From: Candidatus Cloacimonadota bacterium
GTDB lineage: Bacteria > Cloacimonadota > Cloacimonadia > Cloacimonadales > GCA-2742885
Direction: 5' to 3'
Assembly (NCBI GenBank): GCA_002742885.1
Contig: PDOO01000034.1
Coordinates: 6,326-70,325 of the forward strand
DNA: 64,000 bases
Shown here piece after piece: positions 26,391 through 36,728 of this stretch. The notes below the pieces were generated by a model that saw only the letters and a list, made by a program, of their open reading frames with translations, did no database searches and was not told the DNA's origin. The stretch's first letter is position 1; every line of letters begins with the position of its first letter. The position numbers were made by a program, and so were the translations under genes.

Positions 26391-28706
26391 TTATTTCAAT
26401 AAAATCATTTTATTTGTTCCGATAACCTTACGGTCGGCGGAAAGTTGATAAAAATATATGCCGGATGCAAATTTTTCGGCATTCCATTTGACTTTTCCAT
26501 TTTTGATGTCCTTCGGAGTGAATTCAATTTTATCCGTTAATTCTCCTCGGACATTATATACTTTAATATATGCCGATTCCGTTTTCGGAGACAGACTGAA
26601 TCGCAAGTTTGTTTCAGGATTAAACGGATTAGGATAATTATTTAAAAGAGCATCGGCAAAAGGCTGAACGTCAGTATCTTCGTTGGAAACGGTAACGGAA
26701 AAATCTCCGCCTACTATTCTGAAATCATCCGCAATCCAGCCGGGATCAACAAGCTGGTCATTGGGAGAATCCGCCTGCAAACGCAATCTTACGTAATAAT
26801 CTCCTTCCGGAAAATCGTTTAAAGGAACGTATTTTCTTTTCCAATAAGGTCTTATTTCAGAATTTGAATAAACTTCAGTCCATGTCTCCAAATCCGAACT
26901 CAAAGAAATTGTTACATAATCGAAATAAGGTTCGACATAGATATTTTCCATAAAATGCAACATGCGCCGCTCGACATTTCCTAGATGAAAAGATTCTGCA
27001 GAAACAATCGAAACATCACAATTGGGAGCATAAAAGCTTTGCGGATCATTTTCTCCCCAATAATCAGTTAAAGCCGCTCCGTCCCAAGGCTCTTCGCCCA
27101 AAGCAGATTCAGCCCATTTATCTCCTTCAACAATCTCCCAAGGTCCGTCAGTCGTCCAATTGTCAAGATTGTTGAAATCATCGGAAAAATAAACCGTTGC
27201 TTCCGACATTTCAAACTCAATATTATGCTCTCCCGATAAGAAGTTGATATTACTTACAATCGGGAAATAACCTTCCGCATATATTTCGACTTTATTGTTG
27301 CCTGGAGTTACAGAAACCTCAAATTGTCCGTTTTGGATAAAAACCGTATCCGGATCAACATCGTAAATTATCATGGTTCCGTTCAAAGCGACATCGTCGG
27401 AAGAAAGAGTTCCGGAATATACGGCAGGGGGAAGCGGTTGCAACTGCACTTCAACATTCGTCCAAAGAGAATTATTTACGACAACTTGCTGCTCGTAAGT
27501 AAGATAATCGTCTTTTTTGACAACCAGGGTATAAGTCCCGTTTCCGACAGGTCTCCAAAATCTTCCGTAAAGTTCATCCGAATAAGTCGGGTCAAAATAA
27601 TTTTTTTCCAATTCTTCAATATAAAATTGAGCAACGAGAGGTTCTCCGGTTACGGCATCGGTAATGTGTCCGGTAAGAAGAGGGCAAGGCGGTTGATAAC
27701 CGTTGCGAGCCTGTTCCACCAACCAATTTATACCTTTTAAATTTTCGTTAACGGTAAGTTGCAATTCTGTTGAATCAGGTTGAATGCCTGACATTTCTAT
27801 AGTAAGCTGAACAGTTTTATGCGCCTGATAAAACCAAGGAGTGGAAGTTCCGTTGCGTCCTTGAGACGGTCCCGGTTCATAAGTTCCGGGATCTCCGGTT
27901 ATCCCGATTTGAGAAGCTACGCTTTCGCCTATATACCGGCAATATTCAAAGTCAGGGTTTTGCCGAGAAACTTCATTTTTAAATCTCCAAGGATAAAAAA
28001 CTTTCGATGAAAAATTACCGGATCTGGATGAATGAAAGTTTATGCTGTAAATAAAGTATTGTTTTTTTGCCAAATTTCTTACGGCATCGGTTCCGCCTTC
28101 CGAAAAAGGATAAGGTCCCCGATAATAATCATACCATTCTTCACCAGACTGTGCCCAAAGATTATCGCCGTGAATCCAGTTAAAAGCGTAATTTCTGTTG
28201 GGATCAACACCGTCCAAATCGTTTCCCCAGCCTTCGGGATTGTAATCAAAAATTCCGTTATTGTCAACGTCGGTTTTGGTCTTTCTGTAAGTAACGTCCC
28301 ATTCATCCAAAACAACTTGCAATCCTTCAGGATTAATAGTGGGAATAAACCAAAGCTCCAACTCGTTAAGCCAGTTCTCGTAATAAGTCGGATACTGAGC
28401 AATCAATTCAAGCTGTTTCATTACAACTTCAACGCCCTGAATCTCTTCCGCATGACATTGACCGACAAAAAGCAATGCCGGCAAATCTTCGTCAACCTGT
28501 ACATTATGCGAAACTTTCATTGCCCAGATCGGTAATGAATCCGTATGGGTAACTCCTATGGAGTCAATCATCATAAATTCGGGATTTTGAGAAGCCAACA
28601 TGTCAAGTTCGGCTTTTATTTCCTCATAATTATGATACACGGAATCTATCGCCGACAATAAGCATGTCGCAATAAGCAAAGCAACAATAAAACCGCTTTT
28701 TTTCAT
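26391..28706 (-). CDS. M14 zinc carboxypeptidase with FlgD/T9SS-type C-terminal sorting domain
   Basis: 771 aa. GQCHAEEIQG (HxxE), VDPNRNY and INFHS are zinc/active-site motifs. The C-terminus reads NYPNPFNPETNLRF...GIYFYQLSA...NKMILLK. It lies 13 nt upstream of the C25 gene. Confidence 0.85.
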   Translation of the reverse strand: MKKSGFIVALLIATCLLSAIDSVYHNYEEIKAELDMLASQNPEFMMIDSIGVTHTDSLPIWAMKVSHNVQVDEDLPALLFVGQCHAEEIQGVEVVMKQLELIAQYPTYYENWLNELELWFIPTINPEGLQVVLDEWDVTYRKTKTDVDNNGIFDYNPEGWGNDLDGVDPNRNYAFNWIHGDNLWAQSGEEWYDYYRGPYPFSEGGTDAVRNLAKKQYFIYSINFHSSRSGNFSSKVFYPWRFKNEVSRQNPDFEYCRYIGESVASQIGITGDPGTYEPGPSQGRNGTSTPWFYQAHKTVQLTIEMSGIQPDSTELQLTVNENLKGINWLVEQARNGYQPPCPLLTGHITDAVTGEPLVAQFYIEELEKNYFDPTYSDELYGRFWRPVGNGTYTLVVKKDDYLTYEQQVVVNNSLWTNVEVQLQPLPPAVYSGTLSSDDVALNGTMIIYDVDPDTVFIQNGQFEVSVTPGNNKVEIYAEGYFPIVSNINFLSGEHNIEFEMSEATVYFSDDFNNLDNWTTDGPWEIVEGDKWAESALGEEPWDGAALTDYWGENDPQSFYAPNCDVSIVSAESFHLGNVERRMLHFMENIYVEPYFDYVTISLSSDLETWTEVYSNSEIRPYWKRKYVPLNDFPEGDYYVRLRLQADSPNDQLVDPGWIADDFRIVGGDFSVTVSNEDTDVQPFADALLNNYPNPFNPETNLRFSLSPKTESAYIKVYNVRGELTDKIEFTPKDIKNGKVKWNAEKFASGIYFYQLSADRKVIGTNKMILLK

Positions 28707-28960
28707 TTTATCCTCCCTGAAAAATTTTAATTTTGCTTTTATTAAGCATAATATATTCCAAAAAAACGTAATTTTTAATTCGAGTCAATCTCGTCCCGTA
28801 TTTGTTTTTGTCAAAAAGAATATTAAATAAGACTGTTCAGAAAAATCATTTAAAAACGAAGATACACAAAAGAAGACGGTATAATTTCATAACTAATTAA
28901 CAAAATATAAGTTAAGTCATAAAATATTTGTGAAGCATAAAATATATAATTCAATCAGGA

Positions 28961-30145
28961 CTAAATTCTTTTCCATTTCATAACTTTTACGAGAGCCAAA
29001 AAAGCTATGGTTCCGAAAACAGCGTAAACGCTTCCTGCGACAATGAGACTTAATCTCAACCCCCGATTATCGATTATATAACCGAAAAACGGAGCCAGTG
29101 AACTGTAAAACAAACGAACACTGAGACTTTTCACGGAAATAACGGTTGCTCGCTTATCCGAATCAACTTCTTTATGAAGATAAAATCCCAAAACAGGCAA
29201 ATTTATTCCTCGCACCGCAAAACAAATCAGAATAAAGGCAATTCCGATAAAAATATTGCCGGAAAAAGCAAGACCGATATAGCCGGCAAAAATAAACAGC
29301 ATGAGCGAAGCCATGGCTTTATGTTTTCCCAGCAAATCAGTGTAACGATGTCCGAAGCCGGCATACAAGCCGGATGCAACTTGAATAATTGCCCAAACAA
29401 CGCCGAAATAAATCGGGGATAAATTTATTTCTTTGAAAAAAAACTGGCTGAACCAGGCAATATTAAGAGTTGCCGCGCCCAATACCGAACTGAAAAAAAT
29501 CAGCCATTTAACGGTTTTATTATCTGCAAAAGAGTATTTCACGACTTTTAAAAGAGTAATAATGCGACCTTTATGAGTTTGAATAATTTCACGTTCCGGT
29601 TCCGTAATAAAAAACGAGATAATTAAACCGGCAAGCAAAACGGTTAAACGTCCGTAAACCGTAAAAACCAGGGCGTAAGATGCCAAAAAACCTCCGATTA
29701 ATCCGGCTCCCGCTTCCGAAAAATTACCGTATGCCCTGTATCTTCCGATTAATTTTTTAAATTTATTTTCTTTCTTCAAATTTTTAAGGGAATCGTAAAA
29801 TAAAGCTGAGTCGCAACCGGAAATAAAACTTGCTCCGATACCCAAAAGTATTTCGGCAACCGCAAAAAAATAAAATCCCGGCAAAAGGAAAAATAAATTA
29901 CCGATAACCGACAAAGCCAGTCCCGCAATTATAGATTTTTTTCGTCCTTTAAGATCGGCAATGTATCCGGAAGGAACTTCAAAAAGAACTATAGACAATG
30001 AATAACAAGACGTAAGAGTGAATATTTCTCTGCCGCTTAAATTATGCTGTTTAAAATACAAGACCGTAACCGGCAACATCAAGACAAACCATTTTAAGGC
30101 GTAAATAATGTTTAACAAACGAATATTTCTTATCATTTTATTCAT
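28961..30145 (-). CDS. MFS transporter
   Basis: 394 aa, about 12 TM. GYIADLKGRKKSI is a loop 2-3 motif. Confidence 0.8.
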   Translation of the reverse strand: MNKMIRNIRLLNIIYALKWFVLMLPVTVLYFKQHNLSGREIFTLTSCYSLSIVLFEVPSGYIADLKGRKKSIIAGLALSVIGNLFFLLPGFYFFAVAEILLGIGASFISGCDSALFYDSLKNLKKENKFKKLIGRYRAYGNFSEAGAGLIGGFLASYALVFTVYGRLTVLLAGLIISFFITEPEREIIQTHKGRIITLLKVVKYSFADNKTVKWLIFFSSVLGAATLNIAWFSQFFFKEINLSPIYFGVVWAIIQVASGLYAGFGHRYTDLLGKHKAMASLMLFIFAGYIGLAFSGNIFIGIAFILICFAVRGINLPVLGFYLHKEVDSDKRATVISVKSLSVRLFYSSLAPFFGYIIDNRGLRLSLIVAGSVYAVFGTIAFLALVKVMKWKRI

Positions 30146-30482
30146 GGAATATTCCCGTTTTTATTTATTAATCAAGAGTTTAAAAGGAAAATTTTAAATA
30201 TTGCTTAACCGGCAAGCAAAATATTGCGGTAACTTTACGGCATCAAATCTTCAGGGCAAATATTTTGATCTTAACCGATGATAATGCTTGACGTTTAGAA
30301 GCATAATTTTTTTTCACTCAATATCTTTTTTAAAAATTTCGAGCATTTTGGAAAATCAGTTTAAAATTATCATGCAATATCGAAATCAAATAACGTTAAA
30401 TTATAAAAAAAGACAGATTAACCGTGTTAAAAATAAACTTTGATAATAAATCAACGCAAAATTAAAATATTCGGAGAAAAAA

Positions 30483-33077
30483 ATGTATTTGAAACCGCAA
30501 CCAGTTATCGACAAAAAGTTAAATTCTGTTATGGCATTTCTTGTTTTTGCTTTTACTTTAGGCGTTTATTGGCTTACTCAAGCAAGATCTTTATCCTTAT
30601 GGGATGCAGGAGAATATATAACATGCAGCAGTATTTTGGGCGTGCCTCATCCTCCCGGAAATCCTTTTTATATTTTGCTGGGGCGTTTTATTTGCCTTCT
30701 CGGACTGAATATTCCTCACGCTGTTTTGATAAATTTTTTGTCCGGGTTATTTTCGGCTTTTGCAGTGATGTTTACCTATCTGTTCACGGTAAAATTGGCA
30801 AGCATGTTTGAAAAAGACAAATTGCCGATTATTATAAGCGGAGTTACGGGAGCATTGCTGACGGCTTTTTCTTTTACCTTTTGGAATAACGCCATTGAAG
30901 CGGAAGTTTATTCCGGATTGGCTTTTACGATTAATTTAATTATTTGGCTGACTTTTGTTTGGCTGGAAAAATCGAAAGACTTTTCAGACCAAAATATTTT
31001 TGTTTTGATCGTTTACATCTTTTTCCTCGGATTTTGTATTCACCAAACAAGCTTGCAAATAGCTCCCGCTATTCTTTTTATCATTATTTATCCTCTGATA
31101 AAAGATCATATCGGGACAAGTAAATTTTGGCTTAAAGCCGCTCTCTATTTATTTATCCTTCTGATGGCTTATCTTATTGCCAATCCGATAGGTACAGCTA
31201 TAAAATTCCCGGGTTTTCCGAAAGTTGCGTTTGCAGTTTTGTCTTTTGCCTTAATGTACTTCAATTTGAAAGACAAAATAGAAAAACCTGCTTGGATATG
31301 GTCTTTCGTTTTCCTTTTAATAGGCTTGTCTCCCCATTTCTTTTTATTCTTTCGCTCTTATTTCAGACCTTTCATAAACGAAGGATATCCTCATACTTTG
31401 GACCTTTTCATGGATTATGTCTTGAGAAGGCAATACGGAACAACAAGTTTTACGGTGAGAAGAGCAAGCTTTTGGTATCAGCTTGATTTTCATCTCTTGC
31501 GATATTTCAGCAAACAATTCTTCTCTTTTGAATGGATTCAAACCGTTTTCGGATCTTATTCCTTTTTGTTGAAATCATTATTTGCAATGCTGGTCGGCGG
31601 ACTCGGATTAGGCGGAGCTTTTTATCAATTTAAAAAGAACAAACATTCTTTTGCTTATTTTTTCTCGATTTTTTTTATGGTTTCAATTGCCATGGTTTTC
31701 GTCATGAATCTTTCCGATGCGGAAGTGAGAGATCGCGATTATTTCTTTACCACTGCTTACAATATGTGGGCTGTTTATATGGGATTCGGAGCTTTGGGAT
31801 TAATAAGCGCCGTTAAGAAATTCGGTAAACCGGCAGTGATTTTAATGTCTGTTCTCATGCTTTCTGTTCCTGCCGTAAATTTAATTTCCGAATATAAAAT
31901 TCATGACAGGCACAAAGAATTTATCGCTCTTGATTACGGAATAAATATTCTTAACGGATTGGAAGAAAACGCTATTGTTTTTACCAACGGAGATAATGAT
32001 ACTTTCCCGGTCTGGTATGCTCAAGCGGTGGCAGATCCTCATGCGAAAGAACACGTCTATCCGCAAACGAATGTTCAGCCTGACAGCGAATCGCTTGAAG
32101 CAATAAAAAAGGCGATGGAATTTAAAAATAAACAATGCAAAGGCATCAGAAAAGATGTTTCAGTCGCAAATCTGAGCCTGTTAAACACTCCATGGTATAT
32201 TCGCCAAATGCGAGACAGAGAGGGTATTTTATTGGGGATACCCGACAAGCAAATTGACAGAATTTATCCGGCTCAACTTCCAAAGGAAACAAAAATTAAA
32301 ATTCCGGCAAGAGGCGGTTTACCGGAGTTTACCATAACCTTGCCCAAAGATAAATTATTGTGGATAAAGGATTTTCTGGTTATTCAGATAATTAAAGAAA
32401 ATTACGGTTTGCGTCCTATTTATTTTGCGGTTACCGTTGCAGACAAAGTCGGCTTTGAAGATCATCTTATTAATGAAGGAATGGTTGCTCGACTTGTTCC
32501 GGAAAAGGGGAAAGACATGGTAAACATGGAACGAACCAAGAAAAACGCCGAAGAAATTTATTCTTACAGAGGCATTGACGATGATGAGATTTACAAAGAC
32601 GAAGCTATGAAACGTCTTTTGGTAAATTACGGAGCTTCATTCCAAAGAATGGCGTACAAGTATCTTCAGCAAGGCAAATACGAAATTGCGGCTGAGAATC
32701 TGTACAAAGCAGCCCGTTTCAGAGAATTGAGAATGAGAGATTACCTCATGATAATTCAATTATATCAAGAAGGTAAAAATTTTGATAAAGCTTACCGAAT
32801 TATCACCGAAGCCCTGAAAAAATATCCGGCGAACTATGAATTGAATATGCAGGCTTTTCTTTACATGATGGAATCAGAAAAATTCAACGAAGCCGAAATT
32901 CTGCTCTCAAACGCCGTTAAAATAAATCCGGAGGGAGAAAAACTGCCTTGGGCAATAGAAAACTTCGGCAAAGACAGCGGAAATCGGGAAAAAGCGGTTT
33001 CTTTATTGAATAAAATAAAAGATAATGTCTCGTCTGATACGTTTGAATATTACTTAAAACGAATCCAAAATCAATAA
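30483..33077 (+). CDS. DUF2723 (TMEM260-like) membrane glycosyltransferase-like protein with C-terminal TPR region
   Basis: 864 aa. The N-terminus SLSLWDAGEYITCSSILGVPHPPGNPFYILLGR is the hallmark DUF2723 start. Multi-TM, with a TPR-like tail. Confidence 0.75.
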   Translation: MYLKPQPVIDKKLNSVMAFLVFAFTLGVYWLTQARSLSLWDAGEYITCSSILGVPHPPGNPFYILLGRFICLLGLNIPHAVLINFLSGLFSAFAVMFTYLFTVKLASMFEKDKLPIIISGVTGALLTAFSFTFWNNAIEAEVYSGLAFTINLIIWLTFVWLEKSKDFSDQNIFVLIVYIFFLGFCIHQTSLQIAPAILFIIIYPLIKDHIGTSKFWLKAALYLFILLMAYLIANPIGTAIKFPGFPKVAFAVLSFALMYFNLKDKIEKPAWIWSFVFLLIGLSPHFFLFFRSYFRPFINEGYPHTLDLFMDYVLRRQYGTTSFTVRRASFWYQLDFHLLRYFSKQFFSFEWIQTVFGSYSFLLKSLFAMLVGGLGLGGAFYQFKKNKHSFAYFFSIFFMVSIAMVFVMNLSDAEVRDRDYFFTTAYNMWAVYMGFGALGLISAVKKFGKPAVILMSVLMLSVPAVNLISEYKIHDRHKEFIALDYGINILNGLEENAIVFTNGDNDTFPVWYAQAVADPHAKEHVYPQTNVQPDSESLEAIKKAMEFKNKQCKGIRKDVSVANLSLLNTPWYIRQMRDREGILLGIPDKQIDRIYPAQLPKETKIKIPARGGLPEFTITLPKDKLLWIKDFLVIQIIKENYGLRPIYFAVTVADKVGFEDHLINEGMVARLVPEKGKDMVNMERTKKNAEEIYSYRGIDDDEIYKDEAMKRLLVNYGASFQRMAYKYLQQGKYEIAAENLYKAARFRELRMRDYLMIIQLYQEGKNFDKAYRIITEALKKYPANYELNMQAFLYMMESEKFNEAEILLSNAVKINPEGEKLPWAIENFGKDSGNREKAVSLLNKIKDNVSSDTFEYYLKRIQNQ

Positions 33078-33094
33078 AATCCCGGGGAGGATAA

Positions 33095-35662
33095 ATGAAA
33101 TTCCTGTTCTTTTTTGAAAGAGAAATGCACATTCCCGTCCTGAAAAATGTTATAAGATACATACATGAAAATAAATTGGGAGAAATAGGAGTAACCGGTT
33201 TTATCTACACAAAATCATCTCCGGGAATCCCGGGAAGAGGATTCAGAAGAGAAATCTTGGATTTTCATTGTCCTTATAATTTAAAAGTTTGGTCAAATCC
33301 TGCGGATTTCAAACCTGATATTACTTTTACCGCCGACTTCAGTTATCATTTTCTCGAAGGACTCGGTAAAATAGTAAACATAGGACACGGAACTATTTCC
33401 AAAGGCTGGTTTTTTTCTGAAAAGAAAATAAGTCTTCGAGAAAATTGCGCTGACCTTATTTGTGTTCCCGGAGAAATTCACAAAGAATTTTTATCGAAAA
33501 ACGTAAAAATTCCCATTGAAGTTACGGGTATGCCTAAATTGGATGACATGTTTTCGTCTCCCAAAAACAGAAATGACATTTTAAAAGAATTACAGCTTAA
33601 TCCAGCAAATAAAACCATATTGATAGCACCTACTTTCAACAATGAACTCTCTCTTATTCCTTATCTGGGATCAGACATCGAAAAGTATATTCCGTCTTAC
33701 CTTAACGTTATCATAAAACTGCACGGAGCTGCTCCCGAAGAATGGCGGGAAAAGTATAAAAAGATTGCCGATAAATCAAAAAATATCGCTTATACGGAAA
33801 ACGGTGCCCTTACCGATTGCTTTATTGCCGCCGATCTTATGATTTCTGACGTTTCTTCCGTAATTTACGAATTTGCGTCTTTGGAAAAACCGGTCCTGCT
33901 TTTCGACAGTCCGGATCAAAAACTATATCAAAATTATGATCCTGATTCCATAGAATACGTTTACAGAAACATAGGCAAAACCTTTAATGATTTTGCAAAA
34001 CTGCCGGAACTTCTATTTAATGCTTTTCTAAATCCCGTCAGCGATGCAGCCAAGGAAATCGGACGTAAATTTATCGGCGTAAGAGACGGTTCTTCTGCCC
34101 AAAAAATCGTAAATAAAGCTTTGAAAATTTATAAAGAAGCCAAAACACAGGATATTGTTTTATTGGATTTTGAAAACGATGCAATTAAAAAAGAATTAAA
34201 AAAACGTTTTTCGTCAAAATTCAAAATTATCGAAAGTAAAAACGGAAATTTTGCCGATAATCTTAAAAAATCAGCAGAAAAAGGCAAAAACATTCATTAT
34301 ATAGGAGAAGCAGTAAACCTCACCCCGTTTTATCCGATTTGGATGAATAATCATCTTAACGGCAATAATGTTCTCTGCTTTCCTTTAACCTGCGATAAAT
34401 CTCGTCTTTACCAAGACAATATAAGTTTTCACGTAAAGTTCAATTCAGAAATGACAGATCTTTCCAAATCCATACAAATAACTTACGGAATGTGCGGAGA
34501 AGAAGAAGAAACCGATTTCCTCAGAAGAAGAATTTTCTCGATAAAAAGCGAGGTTATCCTTAATCTCAAATCGGAAGAAAAAGAAGAAAATCCGGTTTGG
34601 CATGATATCTTCAAATCAATAAATAAAGCCGGCATGAAAGCCGTTATTGCAAAAGATGCTTACGTTTATCCGCTTAAAAACAATACTCCCGATTATGATT
34701 GCCTTATCGGAGGTTGGAAAGATGAAAAAAATACCGATAAGGAAAAGAAAAACAATAAAAGTCTCACTGTCGCAAGTCTTTTTAATCCCGTTAACCCTGA
34801 TTCGGAAGAAGATCAAAATCCGTGGTATTTGAAAAATTTCAACAGAACCTCGGAAAATGACGAAAACTCATTGAAACAAGCCGTGGAAGAAGAGCCTTTC
34901 AATACAGAGAATATACTGAAATTAATAAGATTTTATTACGAAAACGATAATTATGAAATGGTTGACGTATATGCCGATATGATTACAGAATCACCGGAAG
35001 CCGAATTGCTGGCATCACGTTCTGCGGAAAAACAGGATTTGCCTGACGAAGCCCTGGAAAAAATATCCCGAATCGATACGTTAAAAATCTTAGATAAAAA
35101 CTTATTGTCTGATATTCTCATTCAAAAAGGCAGACTTCTGATAAAAAATCAACGAAGCTCCGAGTCTTTCCCCCTGCTTGAAGAAGCGATAGAACTTACT
35201 CCGGAAAAAATTGAAGCTTATATAAATCTGGGTTCCGCTTATCTTATTAATAACGATTTGAATAAAGCTCATCATATTTTTGAACAGGGAAGAAAGCAGG
35301 ATAAAAGTAATGTCGGGCTTCTGAACGGCTTGGGAATAATCAAGCAAAATCAAGGTTTTTATGCCGAAGCATCTGAATTGTATCTGCAAATTTTAGGCAT
35401 GGATCCCGAGAATTTAAATGCTCTTCAAGGTTTACTCGGATGTGTTTATCAAACCGGACATTTTATTAAAATAATTCCCTATCTGGAAAATTACAAAAGA
35501 AGACATCCCGAAAATACTGAAATGTGTTTTGTGCTTTCAGGAGTTTACTTTGAAGCCGGAGATTATCAAAATTCTCTTGATTGCGTAAATTCGATTTTAA
35601 CATTTACCCCTGATTTCCCGGGAGCGGAAGAATTAAAAAATAAAATTATGTCCAAAATTTAA
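33095..35662 (+). CDS. CDP-glycerol glycerophosphotransferase (TagB/TagF)-like domain protein with C-terminal TPR repeats
   Basis: 855 aa. ADLMISDVSSVIYEFASLEKPVLLFD is typical of the TagF family. The C-terminal ~250 aa are TPR (AYINLGSAYLINNDLNKA...). Confidence 0.65.
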   Translation: MKFLFFFEREMHIPVLKNVIRYIHENKLGEIGVTGFIYTKSSPGIPGRGFRREILDFHCPYNLKVWSNPADFKPDITFTADFSYHFLEGLGKIVNIGHGTISKGWFFSEKKISLRENCADLICVPGEIHKEFLSKNVKIPIEVTGMPKLDDMFSSPKNRNDILKELQLNPANKTILIAPTFNNELSLIPYLGSDIEKYIPSYLNVIIKLHGAAPEEWREKYKKIADKSKNIAYTENGALTDCFIAADLMISDVSSVIYEFASLEKPVLLFDSPDQKLYQNYDPDSIEYVYRNIGKTFNDFAKLPELLFNAFLNPVSDAAKEIGRKFIGVRDGSSAQKIVNKALKIYKEAKTQDIVLLDFENDAIKKELKKRFSSKFKIIESKNGNFADNLKKSAEKGKNIHYIGEAVNLTPFYPIWMNNHLNGNNVLCFPLTCDKSRLYQDNISFHVKFNSEMTDLSKSIQITYGMCGEEEETDFLRRRIFSIKSEVILNLKSEEKEENPVWHDIFKSINKAGMKAVIAKDAYVYPLKNNTPDYDCLIGGWKDEKNTDKEKKNNKSLTVASLFNPVNPDSEEDQNPWYLKNFNRTSENDENSLKQAVEEEPFNTENILKLIRFYYENDNYEMVDVYADMITESPEAELLASRSAEKQDLPDEALEKISRIDTLKILDKNLLSDILIQKGRLLIKNQRSSESFPLLEEAIELTPEKIEAYINLGSAYLINNDLNKAHHIFEQGRKQDKSNVGLLNGLGIIKQNQGFYAEASELYLQILGMDPENLNALQGLLGCVYQTGHFIKIIPYLENYKRRHPENTEMCFVLSGVYFEAGDYQNSLDCVNSILTFTPDFPGAEELKNKIMSKI

Positions 35663-35729
35663 ATTTACGCTGATTTTAAGACTGCTAATTGCATTGCAAA
35701 AAATCAAATATTTTAACGGAGGTAATGCC

Positions 35730-36461
35730 GTGTCCAATATATTAATTGTCGGCGCCGACAGTAATATAGGTTCAAGAATTGCAGAGTTTTTTCTCGATAA
35801 AGCGGATAACCTTATTTTGTGGGGTTACGATGCAATTCAAAGACTTGAAAAAATCAGAAAAAAAAGAGGTTCCGTTAAAATAATTTCCGCCGATATTTCC
35901 GATGAAACAGCAGTAAATAAAATTTTTTCCGGCGAACTTTCCGAAACGACAATCGATACATTCATTAATTGCGCAACTCTCAGAAGTTCTGATTTTCAAG
36001 CTCTCCCCGAAACCGATTCTCATTTATGGAAAAGGATTACAGAAGTGAACGTATTGGGAAATTATTATTTATTGCGCAATATCCTGCCTAAAATGAGAGA
36101 CAAAGGCGGCAATATCATTTTATTCGGTTCAAATGTTTCCCGCATAGGATTAAAAAACGGTTCCGCTTACGCAGCCTCCAAAGCCGCCGTTGCCAATCTG
36201 ACTCGCACAATAGCTTTGGAAGAATCTCGAAATAATATTCTTATAAATACCGTATCTCCCGGACCCGTCATGATTGACAACAAGCATTTTTCCGAAGAAT
36301 ACCGTACTTTCAGAGAAGAATATTATAAAAAAGAACTCGCTCAAATTCCAGCCGGTCGCCTGCTGAATATTGATGAAATTTTATCGGTAATAGATTTTTT
36401 GACATCGAAAAACACCTACATGACGGGAGAAGAGATTTTCCTCACAGGCGGTAAATTGTAA
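35730..36461 (+). CDS. SDR-family oxidoreductase
   Basis: ILIVGADSNIGSRIA (Rossmann fold), NCAT, and the catalytic motif SAYAASKAA. I prefer the GTG at 35730, 7 nt after GGAGG, over the track's TTG at 35694. Confidence 0.8.
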   Translation: MSNILIVGADSNIGSRIAEFFLDKADNLILWGYDAIQRLEKIRKKRGSVKIISADISDETAVNKIFSGELSETTIDTFINCATLRSSDFQALPETDSHLWKRITEVNVLGNYYLLRNILPKMRDKGGNIILFGSNVSRIGLKNGSAYAASKAAVANLTRTIALEESRNNILINTVSPGPVMIDNKHFSEEYRTFREEYYKKELAQIPAGRLLNIDEILSVIDFLTSKNTYMTGEEIFLTGGKL

Positions 36462-36679
36462 AATAATTAATATATTGCAACAAAATGCAAAATTTTTTTG
36501 AGTATGAAAATTGATTTTTTTATCCTCAATAATATCGAAAATTTCCTGTTTTCTCCTCTTTCTATCAGAATTTGTCGCCGACTAATCATATTTCAAACTA
36601 CTCAATCGCAATAAAGAAAGTTAATTTTTATAAAATAATAATGCTTTCCTATATAATAAATATTAACCGGATACAAATA

Positions 36680-36702
36680 AACCCCGGCTTTAAACCGGGG
36701 TT
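36680..36702. terminator. Hairpin terminator between the convergent SDR and metK genes
   Basis: AACCCCGG, 7-nt loop, CCGGGGTT, with T-rich flanks on both strands. Confidence 0.65.
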
Positions 36703-36728
36703 TTAAGAAATATCGAGTTTGCAAAAGA

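Noticed and set aside
30283-30315. Hairpin ATGCTT-9 nt-AAGCAT followed by a T8 run, upstream of the DUF2723 gene
   Set aside because: It looks like a plus-strand terminator, but there is no upstream plus-strand gene. The stem is short and AT-rich, so the evidence is insufficient to call it an attenuator.
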